IMG/VR virus record: IMGVR_UViG_3300044491_001212
Location: 1-60,921 of that record
Source of the DNA: a virus
Lineage: Duplodnaviria > Caudoviricetes
Direction: 5' to 3' (one strand)
DNA: 60,921 nt
The notes beneath the pieces are model-generated. The model searched no databases. It worked only from the letters and a program-made list of their open reading frames with translations, and had not been told where the DNA came from. Position numbers and translations under genes: made by a program. Shown here piece by piece: positions 46,550-55,834 of the stretch (within the stretch, counting starts at the first letter, position 1; every line of letters begins with the position of its first letter).

Positions 46550-47543
46550 AGAACTGAATCAACCTCTTGCACTTAGAGAAGTAGGATTGACTGAACTTAA
46601 GTTTGGTCAGGTATTAGTAAAGGTATTGGTAAGTGGATTGTGTGGAGCACAACTTCATGAGATCAAAGGACATAAAGGCAACGGAAAGTTTCTACCTCAC
46701 TTGATGGGTCACGAAGGTTGTGGTATTGTTGAGAGTGTAGGTATTGGTGTTACTACTGTGAAACCTGGAGACAAGGTGGTTATGCACTGGCGTCCTGGTT
46801 CTGGTGTAGAGTCACCCTTCCCTTCATATACTTTGGATGGTAAGACTATCTCTAGTGGAAAGGTTACTACCCTAAGTGAGTTCTCTATCGTATCTGAAAA
46901 TCGTGTTACTAAAATTAGTTCGAACACCCCTTCTGTTCTCGCTGCTATGCTTGGTTGTAGTCTCACCACTGCTCTGGGTATTATTGACAATGAGTGTGAA
47001 CTGAAGTTTGGTGAATCTGTTGCTGTCATTGGCTGTGGTGGTGTGGGTCTAAACCTTATCCAGGCAGCCAAGATGAAGAGTGCATCACCCATCTATGGTG
47101 TGGATGTGAATCAAAATATGTTTGAGTTATCTTCACAGTTGGGAGCAAACTGTTTCGTATATGATATCGAGTATCTTCCAGAGAAGTGTGATGTTATCAT
47201 TGATACTACTGGTGTTCCTGATGTCATCTCTAAGGCATTTGAAAGATTGAATCCTGGTGGTCGTTTGATAATGGTTGGCCAACCCGCACCAGATCGTATT
47301 GTATGTCTCCCTAACGCTGTCTCTATGTTTGATGGTAGTGGTAAGTCTATTCGTGCCACACAGGGTGGTAGAACAGATCCTGAGAAGGATATTCCTCGAT
47401 ACATTGATCTTGCTATGAAAGGTGTACTGGATTATGAGACACTACATACTCATACATTTACACTCGATGAAGTCAATGAAGCTTTTGATTTGTTGAGAAG
47501 TGGAAATGCTGGTAGAATTATGGTGAAGATTAACGAATCATGA
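46530..47543 (+). CDS. Zn-dependent alcohol/sugar dehydrogenase (MDR family)
   Basis: GLCG, GHEG.G.V, GCGGVG. Confidence 0.9.
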   Translation: MKAAVLEELNQPLALREVGLTELKFGQVLVKVLVSGLCGAQLHEIKGHKGNGKFLPHLMGHEGCGIVESVGIGVTTVKPGDKVVMHWRPGSGVESPFPSYTLDGKTISSGKVTTLSEFSIVSENRVTKISSNTPSVLAAMLGCSLTTALGIIDNECELKFGESVAVIGCGGVGLNLIQAAKMKSASPIYGVDVNQNMFELSSQLGANCFVYDIEYLPEKCDVIIDTTGVPDVISKAFERLNPGGRLIMVGQPAPDRIVCLPNAVSMFDGSGKSIRATQGGRTDPEKDIPRYIDLAMKGVLDYETLHTHTFTLDEVNEAFDLLRSGNAGRIMVKINES

Positions 47544-47698
47544 AACGACTGGACAAAGAAACAGGTAAACTCATGACACAGTTGAACATCAGTAATCTGG
47601 TGTCATGTCTTGAAGCTGAAGTAACTTACCTTACCTGTTGGGATCACAACGGTAAGAAAACTAAGAAAATTGTATTTGAGTACACTGAAGATGAATGA
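47540..47698 (+). CDS. small hypothetical protein (52 aa, not in the ORF track)
   Basis: ATGA-coupled ORF MKRLDKETGK...KKIVFEYTEDE. Confidence 0.55.
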   Translation: MKRLDKETGKLMTQLNISNLVSCLEAEVTYLTCWDHNGKKTKKIVFEYTEDE

Positions 47699-48443
47699 AG
47701 TATTATCAGAAAGATCTAAACAAGTAAGGAGGGATGCAATTGATCTATCTCTTGCTAATGGTGGGTATCATTATGGTGGTTCATTTAGTTGTGCCGACAT
47801 TCTGGTCAACTTGTTTGACAGAGTTATGGATCCGGCTGACAGATTCATCCTTAGTAAGGGTCATGGGTGTTGGGTTTATTACGTTCTACTGCGCGAACTT
47901 GGATTTAATCCACTACTTGAAGGACACCCACACTACGATCCGTCGAATGGTGTATACTGCACCGCAGGTAGTATGGGTCATGGATTTCCCACTGCTATTG
48001 GACAAGCCCTCGCTAGGAAACTGAAAGGTGAACCTGGTAATGTGTATGTTCTCATTGGAGATGGTGAAGCACAAGAAGGAACTACCTGGGAATCACTTCT
48101 AATTGCAGGTCATCTGAAACTAGATAACCTGGTTGTGATTGTGGATAGTAATAATATCCAAGGTAGTGGGTATGTGAAAGACATTATGCCTGTGATTGAT
48201 CCTTTGATTGGTGCAGCACTCAACTCTGGTTGGGTTGTTCATGAGATTGATGGACACAGTGATGATGCATGGGAACAATGGAAGACTACGGATGGTTATT
48301 ACATTGCACACAACTCACCCACACTGATTGTGGCTCATACTATTAAAGGTAAGGGTGTATCGTTTATGGAGAACCAACCTAAGTGGCATTCAAACTGGTT
48401 AGGTGGTGATATGTTAGCAAAAGCAAGAGAGGAGTTGTCATGA
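47691..48443 (+). CDS. transketolase N-terminal (TPP-binding) subunit
   Basis: HYGGSFS, DRFILSKGH, GSMGHG, GDGEAQEG..WE, TIKGKGVSFME...WH. Confidence 0.9.
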   Translation: MNEVLSERSKQVRRDAIDLSLANGGYHYGGSFSCADILVNLFDRVMDPADRFILSKGHGCWVYYVLLRELGFNPLLEGHPHYDPSNGVYCTAGSMGHGFPTAIGQALARKLKGEPGNVYVLIGDGEAQEGTTWESLLIAGHLKLDNLVVIVDSNNIQGSGYVKDIMPVIDPLIGAALNSGWVVHEIDGHSDDAWEQWKTTDGYYIAHNSPTLIVAHTIKGKGVSFMENQPKWHSNWLGGDMLAKAREELS

Positions 48444-48922
48444 GAAAGGCATTTGGTGAAACACTAATGAAGTTGGCAGATAAGGATGAACGTATTGTTC
48501 TCCTTACTGGTGATGTAGAACAAGAGATGGAACCATTCAAGGAGAAGTATCCTGATAGGTTCTTCAACCTTGGTCTCACTGAACAATCAATCACTAGTAT
48601 GGCTGCAGGTCTTGCCATTGAAGGTATGAGACCTATTGTGTATTCAATCTCTCCCTTTGTGATTGAACGTCCATACGAACAGGTGAAGATTGATATTGAT
48701 GAACAGAACCTCCCTGTGATGTTGATTGGTTATTCTGATTATCCCTCACATGGTCCTACTCATCGTCCTCTGAACCCTGAACGATTGGCTCTGGTGTTTA
48801 AGAACGTGAAGAGTTTCTTCCCTACTGATCAACAATCAGCCACTAAGGCTATGTTGGATTCATACATCATGAAGATCCCTTCTATGATCTATCTACATAA
48901 AGACGGACTACCTTTCTTCTAA
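48440..48922 (+). CDS. transketolase pyrimidine-binding subunit (short; no C-terminal domain)
   Basis: MRKAFG, PDRFFNLGLTEQ, ERPYEQV, GPTH. Confidence 0.85.
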   Translation: MRKAFGETLMKLADKDERIVLLTGDVEQEMEPFKEKYPDRFFNLGLTEQSITSMAAGLAIEGMRPIVYSISPFVIERPYEQVKIDIDEQNLPVMLIGYSDYPSHGPTHRPLNPERLALVFKNVKSFFPTDQQSATKAMLDSYIMKIPSMIYLHKDGLPFF

Positions 48923-49692
48923 TGAGTTTTCTAGATAATATCCTGATATTTGATACTGAGTATACAAAGGTTAGAGTTGGTGATAAGAAGGACGGTGGTT
49001 ATGTCGTCCTTGAAGAAGTCTCTCTAGATACTGAGACTCTCTACTCCTATGGTGTAGAAACTAACTCTTCCTTTGAGTCTGAGTTTGTGAGAAGGTTTGA
49101 CTGTAATGCAGTTCTATTTGATCACACTGTAGATAATGCAGCAGAAAACAATGATAGGTTCACCTTTGTAAAGGAGGGTCTATCAGATCATAAACATGAT
49201 CAGTTTGATTGTCTTCCTAATCACCTGTCTAGATTTGGTGATCCAGATCGTAAGACACTCAAGATGGATGTTGAGTGGTGTGAGTGGGATGTGTTTGATA
49301 CACTCTCAGACTTTACTATTGGAGACTTTGATCAGATCCTGTGTGAGATTCACATGATTCCTGTGGACTACAATGGTTCTCATACACCATACTTCACTGA
49401 CTTTCATAAGTTTGTGTATGATGGTGTGAATAACATGTTGTTCAATAAGTATCAAAGGGTATTAGATAGACTCCAACAACATTATTATGTGTATCATGTA
49501 CACATTAACAACTCCATTCCATGTAACCAGTATCGTGGTGAAGACATCCCACCACTGGTAGAACTTAGTTTGGTGAACAAGTCCCTTGTAAAGAACCCCA
49601 CATACTGTGTTGACAACTTCCCTGTGGATGGGTTAGACTATCCAAATAAGACCGATCGTCCTGACATTACTCACATCAAATGGAATCAATGA
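48922..49692 (+). CDS. methyltransferase-like protein (Methyltransf_22/FkbM-like)
   Basis: RVG...DGGY, YSYGV, FDHTV, LKMDVE..EW, QILCEIH. Confidence 0.7.
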   Translation: MSFLDNILIFDTEYTKVRVGDKKDGGYVVLEEVSLDTETLYSYGVETNSSFESEFVRRFDCNAVLFDHTVDNAAENNDRFTFVKEGLSDHKHDQFDCLPNHLSRFGDPDRKTLKMDVEWCEWDVFDTLSDFTIGDFDQILCEIHMIPVDYNGSHTPYFTDFHKFVYDGVNNMLFNKYQRVLDRLQQHYYVYHVHINNSIPCNQYRGEDIPPLVELSLVNKSLVKNPTYCVDNFPVDGLDYPNKTDRPDITHIKWNQ

Positions 49693-50420
49693 TTGACATC
49701 CTAATAATAGGAGACGGGTGTATGGATTCATATACCTATTGTGATACTCATAGACTTGCACCTGAGGCACCTGTTCCTGTATTGGATGTAGTTAGTGTTG
49801 AGGAAATGCCTGGAATGGCAATGAATGTATATGAGAATGTATGTGCATTCAACCCATCATGTCACTATGTGACGAATGAGAACTGGGCAGAGGTTATAAA
49901 GAATAGATATGTTCATACCAAATCCAATCAACACTTTGTGAGGATTGATAGTGGATCTATCGATGAAAGAGTTGATCTCAATTCATTAGAGTTGGATAGG
50001 TATCAAACTGTAATCATTTCTGATTACGATAAAGGATTTTTACATCGTGATGATATTGAGTATATATGCACTAATCATCCACAGGTATTTCTCGACACTA
50101 AGAAGGTGTTGGATACCTGGTCTTTTAATGCAAAGTTCATCAAGATCAATCAACACGAGTATGAAAAGTCACAGAACTATGTGGACAGTATAGGAAAAGA
50201 CCAAGTTATCAAGACCATGGGTGGACAAGGTTGTGTGTTCCGTGATAAAATATATCCTGTTGATAAGGTAGAGGTTCTGGACGTGTCTGGTGCTGGTGAC
50301 ACATTCATTGCATCATTGGCTCACAGATACACAACGATGAATGACATCGAGAAGGCTATCAACTTTGCAAACTACTGTGCATCACAAGTCGTACAAATGA
50401 GAGGAACAACTACACTATGA
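49689..50420 (+). CDS. PfkB-family sugar kinase, HldE kinase domain (HldA-like)
   Basis: IIGD..MD.Y, RLAPEAPVPV, ISDYDKG, DVSGAGDTF. Confidence 0.88.
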   Translation: MIDILIIGDGCMDSYTYCDTHRLAPEAPVPVLDVVSVEEMPGMAMNVYENVCAFNPSCHYVTNENWAEVIKNRYVHTKSNQHFVRIDSGSIDERVDLNSLELDRYQTVIISDYDKGFLHRDDIEYICTNHPQVFLDTKKVLDTWSFNAKFIKINQHEYEKSQNYVDSIGKDQVIKTMGGQGCVFRDKIYPVDKVEVLDVSGAGDTFIASLAHRYTTMNDIEKAINFANYCASQVVQMRGTTTL

Positions 50421-51226
50421 AGGTTATTCTTACAGGATCAGAAGGTTTCATTGGTAAGAACTTAAAGAAGGTTCTTGAACAGGTGTGGGAAGTTATTGAG
50501 ATTGATAAGAATAATTGTTGGGAAGTGTTCTCTTGGGAACGTGAACAATGGAATGATGTGGAATGTATCTTCCACATGGGTGCCCTCTCTGATACCACTG
50601 AGACGGATCCTATGAGGGTCAATGATATGAATGTGAAGTATACACTATGTTTATTTCAGATTGCAATTGCAAAGGGTATTCCAGTCAAGTATGCATCCTC
50701 TGCTAGTGTATATGGAAACAACATGTTTGGTAGTCCCAGTCCACTAAACTTCTATGCACTTTCTAAACTCACTGTTGATTACTGGGTAGAAGATCACTTG
50801 GATGAGTTTTCACATATCCAAGGGTTTAGGTTCTTCAATGTATATGGTGATGGTGAAGAGGATAAGTTGAAGAGAAACCAATCTTCTCCTGTATCTAAGT
50901 TCATTGATCAGGCCAAAACAACTGGTAAGATCAAAGTGTTTGAACGTTCTGATGATTTCTTACGTGACTTTATTTGTGTAGATGATGTGATCGAAATCAT
51001 GATGGATAATGATAAACCATCTGGTGTGTATGATCTGGGTACATGTAATCCTATCTCATTCCAAGAAGTTGCAGAGATTGTTGCAGAAGAATATCATGCA
51101 GAGATTGAAGAGATCCCATTCCCTGCTCACCTTGTAGGAAAGTATCAAGTATATACTTGTTCTTCAGAAGATTGGGAACACGAATATAAATCAGTAAGAG
51201 ATTATGTCAAAAATAGTTTGGGTTAA
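50417..51226 (+). CDS. hldD: ADP-L-glycero-D-manno-heptose 6-epimerase-like protein
   Basis: TGSEGFIG, FHMGALSDTTE, YASSASVYG, PLNFYALSK, FRFFNVYG, RDFICVDDV. Confidence 0.82.
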   Translation: MKVILTGSEGFIGKNLKKVLEQVWEVIEIDKNNCWEVFSWEREQWNDVECIFHMGALSDTTETDPMRVNDMNVKYTLCLFQIAIAKGIPVKYASSASVYGNNMFGSPSPLNFYALSKLTVDYWVEDHLDEFSHIQGFRFFNVYGDGEEDKLKRNQSSPVSKFIDQAKTTGKIKVFERSDDFLRDFICVDDVIEIMMDNDKPSGVYDLGTCNPISFQEVAEIVAEEYHAEIEEIPFPAHLVGKYQVYTCSSEDWEHEYKSVRDYVKNSLG

Positions 51227-51614
51227 TGGTTGTTACGATCTTATTCATCCTGGTCACATCGAACTTCTCAAAGTCGGAAAGTCCCTCTCTGAAGGGGGAC
51301 AACTCATTGTTGGTCTCGACTCCGATCGAAAGATTAGAGAGGACAAAGGTGAAACACGTCCTATAAATACCTTCAAAGATCGTAAGGTATTGTTAGAGTC
51401 CATACGATACGTGGATCTTGTGTTAGAATTTGATACAAGGACTGAGTTAGAACAACTCATCGAATTATACAACCCTGATATTTTATTAGATGGAGGAGAC
51501 TGGCGTGAACATGAAGGGGTGGGAAGAAACTTTGCGAAAGAAGTTCGGTTCTTCAACAGAGTCGGGGGATACTCATCAACAGAAATCATCAGAAGGTGCA
51601 AACAATCCAATTAA
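51204..51614 (+). CDS. heptose-1-phosphate adenylyltransferase-like protein (HldC/RfaE domain II)
   Basis: NGCYDLIHPGH, LIVGLDSD..I...KG..RPIN, GYSSTEII. Confidence 0.88.
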   Translation: MSKIVWVNGCYDLIHPGHIELLKVGKSLSEGGQLIVGLDSDRKIREDKGETRPINTFKDRKVLLESIRYVDLVLEFDTRTELEQLIELYNPDILLDGGDWREHEGVGRNFAKEVRFFNRVGGYSSTEIIRRCKQSN

Positions 51615-51951
51615 GTTTGTTCCTAAAGGATGGGGCTGGGAGAAGTGGTTGGTAAACTGCCCATTGTATTGTGGAAAGATTCTCTTCTTTGCTCAGGGTA
51701 AGAAGTGTTCATGGCACTACCATGAAAAGAAGGATGAGGTATTCTATGTCCACAAAGGTGCAATAGATGTTCTCTATTCCTATCAGGATAACCCAGAGAT
51801 TGCTGACACACTTCTCTTAGTTGAAGGAGATAAGTTTCATGTTCCTACTGGTATGAGACATCAAATGTATGCATTGAAAGACACAGAGTTGTTTGAGTTC
51901 TCGACAGAGCACTTCGACTCTGATAGTATTCGTTTAAAGAAAGGAGACTGA
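51511..51951 (+). CDS. cupin protein (sugar-phosphate isomerase-like); start uncertain
   Basis: VPKGWGWEKW, CSWHYH.KKDE.FYV, H.PTGMRH, FEFST. Confidence 0.8.
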   Translation: MKGWEETLRKKFGSSTESGDTHQQKSSEGANNPIKFVPKGWGWEKWLVNCPLYCGKILFFAQGKKCSWHYHEKKDEVFYVHKGAIDVLYSYQDNPEIADTLLLVEGDKFHVPTGMRHQMYALKDTELFEFSTEHFDSDSIRLKKGD

Positions 51952-52283
51952 TGAGGTATTGTTTTGACATTGATGGAACTATCTGTGATACTCCTATGAC
52001 AGATGATCCAAGATTCCCTGGTTATCTAACTGCAGAACCACGTAGGAAGGTGATCAAAAAGATCAATGAGTTATATGATGAAGGACACTATATCATCCTA
52101 CAAACTGCAAGAGGTTCCAAGTCTGGTATTGATTGGGGTGATCTAACTCTTTCACAACTTGACGATTGGGGGGTAAAATATAATCATCTGATGCCTATGT
52201 TTAGTAAGCCAGATGCTGATATCTTTATCGATGATAAAGGTTTGAATGCTTATGATTGGATTGAGAAGGAAGGACTTCAGTAA
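51951..52283 (+). CDS. HAD-family phosphatase (capsule-biosynthesis type)
   Basis: FDIDGTIC, TARG, KP.AD.FIDDK. Confidence 0.85.
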   Translation: MRYCFDIDGTICDTPMTDDPRFPGYLTAEPRRKVIKKINELYDEGHYIILQTARGSKSGIDWGDLTLSQLDDWGVKYNHLMPMFSKPDADIFIDDKGLNAYDWIEKEGLQ

Positions 52284-53077
52284 TGGATAAGAATAAGTCA
52301 GTATTCAAGACCAAGGGTATGGGCCCTATCTACTACATCAATCTGGATGATCAACCAGAGAGACGTGAGTTTATGGAGAACCAGTTTAAGTACTGGGAGA
52401 TAGAGAACTACACCAGAGTGTCTGCCTATGATGGTAGAGAAGATGATCTAAGTGATATCATCAAGGGTAGGTATCCTGAGATGATGTCATCTGGTGAGAT
52501 TGGTTGCACTACATCACATCTCAAAGCTATCAAACAATTCTATGATAGTGGAGAACCATATGCAATTATGATGGAAGATGATTGTAGTTTAGATCTCATC
52601 AAGTATTGGAACTTTAGTTGGAGGGATTTCTATTGCAAACTACCCTATGATTGGGATGTATGTCAGATTGCAATCATCTGTACTGGTGATATTAATATCA
52701 AGGTTCATAAGAGATTTGTGAATGAGTTCTCCACTGCCTGTTATCTAATCACAAGACACCATGCAGAGAAGATGATTCGTCTTCATTGTCGTGGTGAGAA
52801 ATACAAACTAGACAATGGTGTAAGACCACGACCAGTTGCAGATGACCTCCTGTATAACTCAGGTAATACCTACGCTCTCCCTCTTCTCTTGTATCACATC
52901 CCATTGGGTAGTAGTATCCATCCAGAACACGTTGATGCCTTTCACAAGGGAAACTATGATGCTCAGTGGAACTTCTGGACACAGAAGGGAGCACAACTAG
53001 GTATTGATGAACTGATGGATTATGATCCATATCTTGGTAGAGTATCAGCATCTTCTAACCAACCGAACCAAAGTTGA
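52283..53077 (+). CDS. GT25-family glycosyltransferase
   Basis: YYINLD..PERR, RVSAYDG, GEIGCTTSH, MEDD. Confidence 0.88.
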   Translation: MDKNKSVFKTKGMGPIYYINLDDQPERREFMENQFKYWEIENYTRVSAYDGREDDLSDIIKGRYPEMMSSGEIGCTTSHLKAIKQFYDSGEPYAIMMEDDCSLDLIKYWNFSWRDFYCKLPYDWDVCQIAIICTGDINIKVHKRFVNEFSTACYLITRHHAEKMIRLHCRGEKYKLDNGVRPRPVADDLLYNSGNTYALPLLLYHIPLGSSIHPEHVDAFHKGNYDAQWNFWTQKGAQLGIDELMDYDPYLGRVSASSNQPNQS

Positions 53078-53115
53078 TCGGTTTAGTGATTTAATACTAT
53101 AATAAATAAAACAGA

Positions 53116-53144
53116 TTTACGTTAAGTAATAATATTTGTATAAT
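53116..53144 (+). promoter_or_regulatory. sigma70-type promoter
   Basis: TTTACG-17 nt-TATAAT. Confidence 0.55.
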
Positions 53145-53252
53145 GCCCTACCCTCGCGTCACTTAGGTTTGGGGCATTTAGTTCAAACAGAGACAAGTCG
53201 AGTCTCTTTTCATCCGTGGGTTAAACTCTACGAGACAAAAAGGTAAACAAAC

Positions 53253-53624
53253 ATGTTCAAATCAACAATCGCTGCAGCTGGTCTGGCTGTTGTCGCTCTC
53301 GCCCCTACTGCCGCATTTGCTGGTCCCTATGTAAACATCGAATCCAATTCTGGTTTCGTTGGTTCTGATTACGGTTCGACCGTAACGGACGCTCACGTAG
53401 GTTATGAAGGATCCGCTGGAGATAACGCTGGTTATTACGTTCAGGCTGGACCTGCACTCGTAAGCATCGATGGTGAAGACCTCGAAACCGAACTGTCCGG
53501 TAAGGCTGGTATTGGTTTTGACGTTTCTGAGTCCGTCAATGTCTATGGTGAGGTTTCTTTCCTGACCGATGGTAGTGATGACGCTAACTATGGCACCAAG
53601 CTTGGTGTTAAGTTCACGTTCTGA
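53253..53624 (+). CDS. small outer-membrane beta-barrel/porin-like protein
   Basis: Signal peptide ending AFA, amphipathic beta strands, terminal KLGVKFTF (BAM-type signal). Confidence 0.7.
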   Translation: MFKSTIAAAGLAVVALAPTAAFAGPYVNIESNSGFVGSDYGSTVTDAHVGYEGSAGDNAGYYVQAGPALVSIDGEDLETELSGKAGIGFDVSESVNVYGEVSFLTDGSDDANYGTKLGVKFTF

Positions 53625-53646
53625 TCAACTTATATCTAATATAACT

Positions 53647-53672
53647 AGAGGGTCGTGAGACCCTCTTTTTTT
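53647..53672 (+). terminator. intrinsic terminator
   Basis: AGAGGGTC-GTGA-GACCCTCT followed by a T tract. Confidence 0.85.
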
Positions 53673-53879
53673 ATGAAAAGTTATATTATAAAACTTATAT
53701 CACATCCAATAACACACTTCAATATTCTTACTATTGGAATGCTTATTATAGTGGGTATGTCACACAACCATGCTCACTTCACAATGAATCAAGATGCGGA
53801 TTCTTATGTTAAACAATGGTGTAGATCATCATCAGAAAACAAAAAGATTTGTGTTCGTTATGGCACAAACGATGATTGA
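53673..53879 (+). CDS. small membrane protein
   Basis: Hydrophobic helix, then HNHAH...DADSYVKQWC. Confidence 0.6.
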   Translation: MKSYIIKLISHPITHFNILTIGMLIIVGMSHNHAHFTMNQDADSYVKQWCRSSSENKKICVRYGTNDD

Positions 53880-53883
53880 TGAT

Positions 53884-53912
53884 TTGACAAATGTTAAGAA
53901 AACATATATAAT
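53884..53912 (+). promoter_or_regulatory. perfect-consensus sigma70 promoter for the hli cluster
   Basis: TTGACA-17 nt-TATAAT. Confidence 0.85.
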
Positions 53913-53944
53913 ACAACATAACATAACTTAACACAAAGGAGATT

Positions 53945-54154
53945 ATGACTGTAACTACTAATGAGAGAGGACAGAATAATCTGTTCGCTAAGGAGCCTAC
54001 AATGTATGTTTCTAAGACTGATGCTGAAAGATACGGTTATGAATCCTATGCAGAAAAGGCAGAGAAACTCAATGGTCGTGCCGCGATGGTTGGTTTCTTC
54101 TTCGCTATCTTCTCATACTCACTGACTGGCAATCTTTTCTTCGGTCTTATCTAA
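53945..54154 (+). CDS. hli: high-light-inducible protein
   Basis: GQNNLFAKEP...AEKLNGRAAMVGF. Confidence 0.92.
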   Translation: MTVTTNERGQNNLFAKEPTMYVSKTDAERYGYESYAEKAEKLNGRAAMVGFFFAIFSYSLTGNLFFGLI

Positions 54155-54237
54155 TGGCATTACTGGCATTATCTGGTATACTATTAGCCACCTTCGCAGG
54201 TGCAGCTCTACTCACACAAACAGGAGACGAATCATGA
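54154..54237 (+). CDS. 27-aa hydrophobic micro-protein
   Basis: TAATG and ATGA coupling on both sides; MALLALSGILLATFAGAALLTQTGDES. Confidence 0.5.
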   Translation: MALLALSGILLATFAGAALLTQTGDES

Positions 54238-54341
54238 ACGAAAACGCAGAACGCATCAACGGTTGGGCAGCAATGCTCGGTATCATTGCAGCTATTGGAG
54301 CCTATGCTACCACGGGCCAGCTAATTCCGGGAATCTGGTGA
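54234..54341 (+). CDS. hli: high-light-inducible protein (35 aa, not in the ORF track)
   Basis: MNENAERINGWAAMLGIIAAIGAYATTGQLIPGIW; SD AGGAG. Confidence 0.93.
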   Translation: MNENAERINGWAAMLGIIAAIGAYATTGQLIPGIW

Positions 54342-54460
54342 GAATTTACCTGGGACTATTAGTAGGATTCGTCATCGCATACTTATTATTAGATGTTACA
54401 GATGACGATGATGACATGGACGGGGGCATGATGGTTCCCGCATATCAAGGATCCCAATAA
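54338..54460 (+). CDS. 40-aa membrane micro-protein with acidic tail
   Basis: GTGA overlap; TM helix followed by DDDDDMDGGMMVP. Confidence 0.6.
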   Translation: MRIYLGLLVGFVIAYLLLDVTDDDDDMDGGMMVPAYQGSQ

Positions 54461-54502
54461 GGGATCCTTTTTTTCTAAATACTGGTGCCACACCAGCACA
54501 CC

Positions 54503-54958
54503 ATGGAAGAAAAGAAACTTGAAGAGAAGAAGAAAGGTCTTCTTGGTAAGATTAAAGAAGCAACAGATGACAAGGAAGAACAACTAGCCATCCTATCTAC
54601 ATTTGTGAGATTGGGTATTCTGGTTTGGTCAGGTGGTATTCTCACGTTGGCTTACATACAACTCCCCCCAGCTCTTGGTATTCCCGAACAAAAACTAGAT
54701 CCAACTTTTATTGCCAGTGTCTTCACTGGAGTTTTAGCTACCTTCGGCGTTCAGGCAGCTAAGAAGAATGGAGATGGAACCTATAAATCACAAGCTGCAG
54801 CTGTTGGTGGCATCACCAAGGCTGATCTACAAGAACTCATCAATGTTGCCAAAGAGACAGCACCAGCACAAGTGATTAGAGTAGAACAAGCTCCACTAGT
54901 AATCTCTGCAGTTCAACCTAAAGATGCCAAGACAGATAAGGGAAATCAGAACACCTAG
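54503..54958 (+). CDS. conserved two-TM membrane protein
   Basis: ILSTFVRLGILVWSG...PEQKLDPTFIASVFTGVLATFGV. Confidence 0.75.
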   Translation: MEEKKLEEKKKGLLGKIKEATDDKEEQLAILSTFVRLGILVWSGGILTLAYIQLPPALGIPEQKLDPTFIASVFTGVLATFGVQAAKKNGDGTYKSQAAAVGGITKADLQELINVAKETAPAQVIRVEQAPLVISAVQPKDAKTDKGNQNT

Positions 54959-55703
54959 GAATGTAGTATCAGAGTTACCAAAGCCTGTAACTAGTAGAAT
55001 AGAAGTTCCAATACCTGTTGTAAGAGGTTCACAATCCTCTGTAGTGAGAGGTATATCACCACCAGTTGTGAGTATACCTGATACTACTATTGGGTATCCT
55101 ACAATAGATGTTCCAACAGAAGAACAGTTTCAAGGTGATATGTCACCTCAACAACCACAAACTCCTACACCTACTCCTGATACTAGAGACTTACCAACAA
55201 CACCATCACCAGCAATACCTACACAACCTTCCATTGAGGTTGGTGGTGTAGATATTCCTCTTCCTGATCCTGGACCACTAGTTGCAGCAGGTTCTCTTGC
55301 AGTAGTGACTACTGTGGTAACACTTGGTGCAACTATTGCAGTAAGTCAGGCTAAGACTGCCTTAGAACCTATGCTGAAGAAGATGGTACAACCTAAGAAG
55401 AAAAAGATCAAAATTAAACAAGTCAAACCTGTTCTACATTACATACCTAATGAGAATGGAACTGTTGAATGTATTCAATATTCACAGAAGGGTATGAAAG
55501 TATTAGAGGGTGGCATAGAAAAGTTTGAGCAACATCTCAGAGATCAAGTAGAGATAGATGCTCTATGGGAGTATGATAATAAAATCATCATTGATGAGGA
55601 ACTATCAAAGAACCTCACCAAAGAAGGTCAGAAGAGATTCAAAAAGTATTTTGCTTCTCCGAAGGTGATTGCAAAGAAACTTGGGGCAAAGTTATCTTTC
55701 TAG
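54924..55703 (+). CDS. Pro-rich membrane-anchored protein
   Basis: Pro-rich N-terminus, TM segment, KKKKIKIKQVKPVLHY. Confidence 0.65.
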   Translation: MPRQIREIRTPRNVVSELPKPVTSRIEVPIPVVRGSQSSVVRGISPPVVSIPDTTIGYPTIDVPTEEQFQGDMSPQQPQTPTPTPDTRDLPTTPSPAIPTQPSIEVGGVDIPLPDPGPLVAAGSLAVVTTVVTLGATIAVSQAKTALEPMLKKMVQPKKKKIKIKQVKPVLHYIPNENGTVECIQYSQKGMKVLEGGIEKFEQHLRDQVEIDALWEYDNKIIIDEELSKNLTKEGQKRFKKYFASPKVIAKKLGAKLSF

Positions 55704-55834
55704 TCATTATCCATTAAGTTAGCAATAATAATAATGGTTGGTAGCCAGGTGATTATATTCCAAATAGATTGAGTGATCCCAGCTAGGATTACCGAATTTC
55801 TTGGTTTCCTTCTGATCTTTGTCCTTTTCCTCAA

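Noticed and set aside
54200-54460. 86-aa ORF from the track
   Set aside because: Its 5' part overlaps an unmistakable hli in another frame; only 54338..54460 is plausible.
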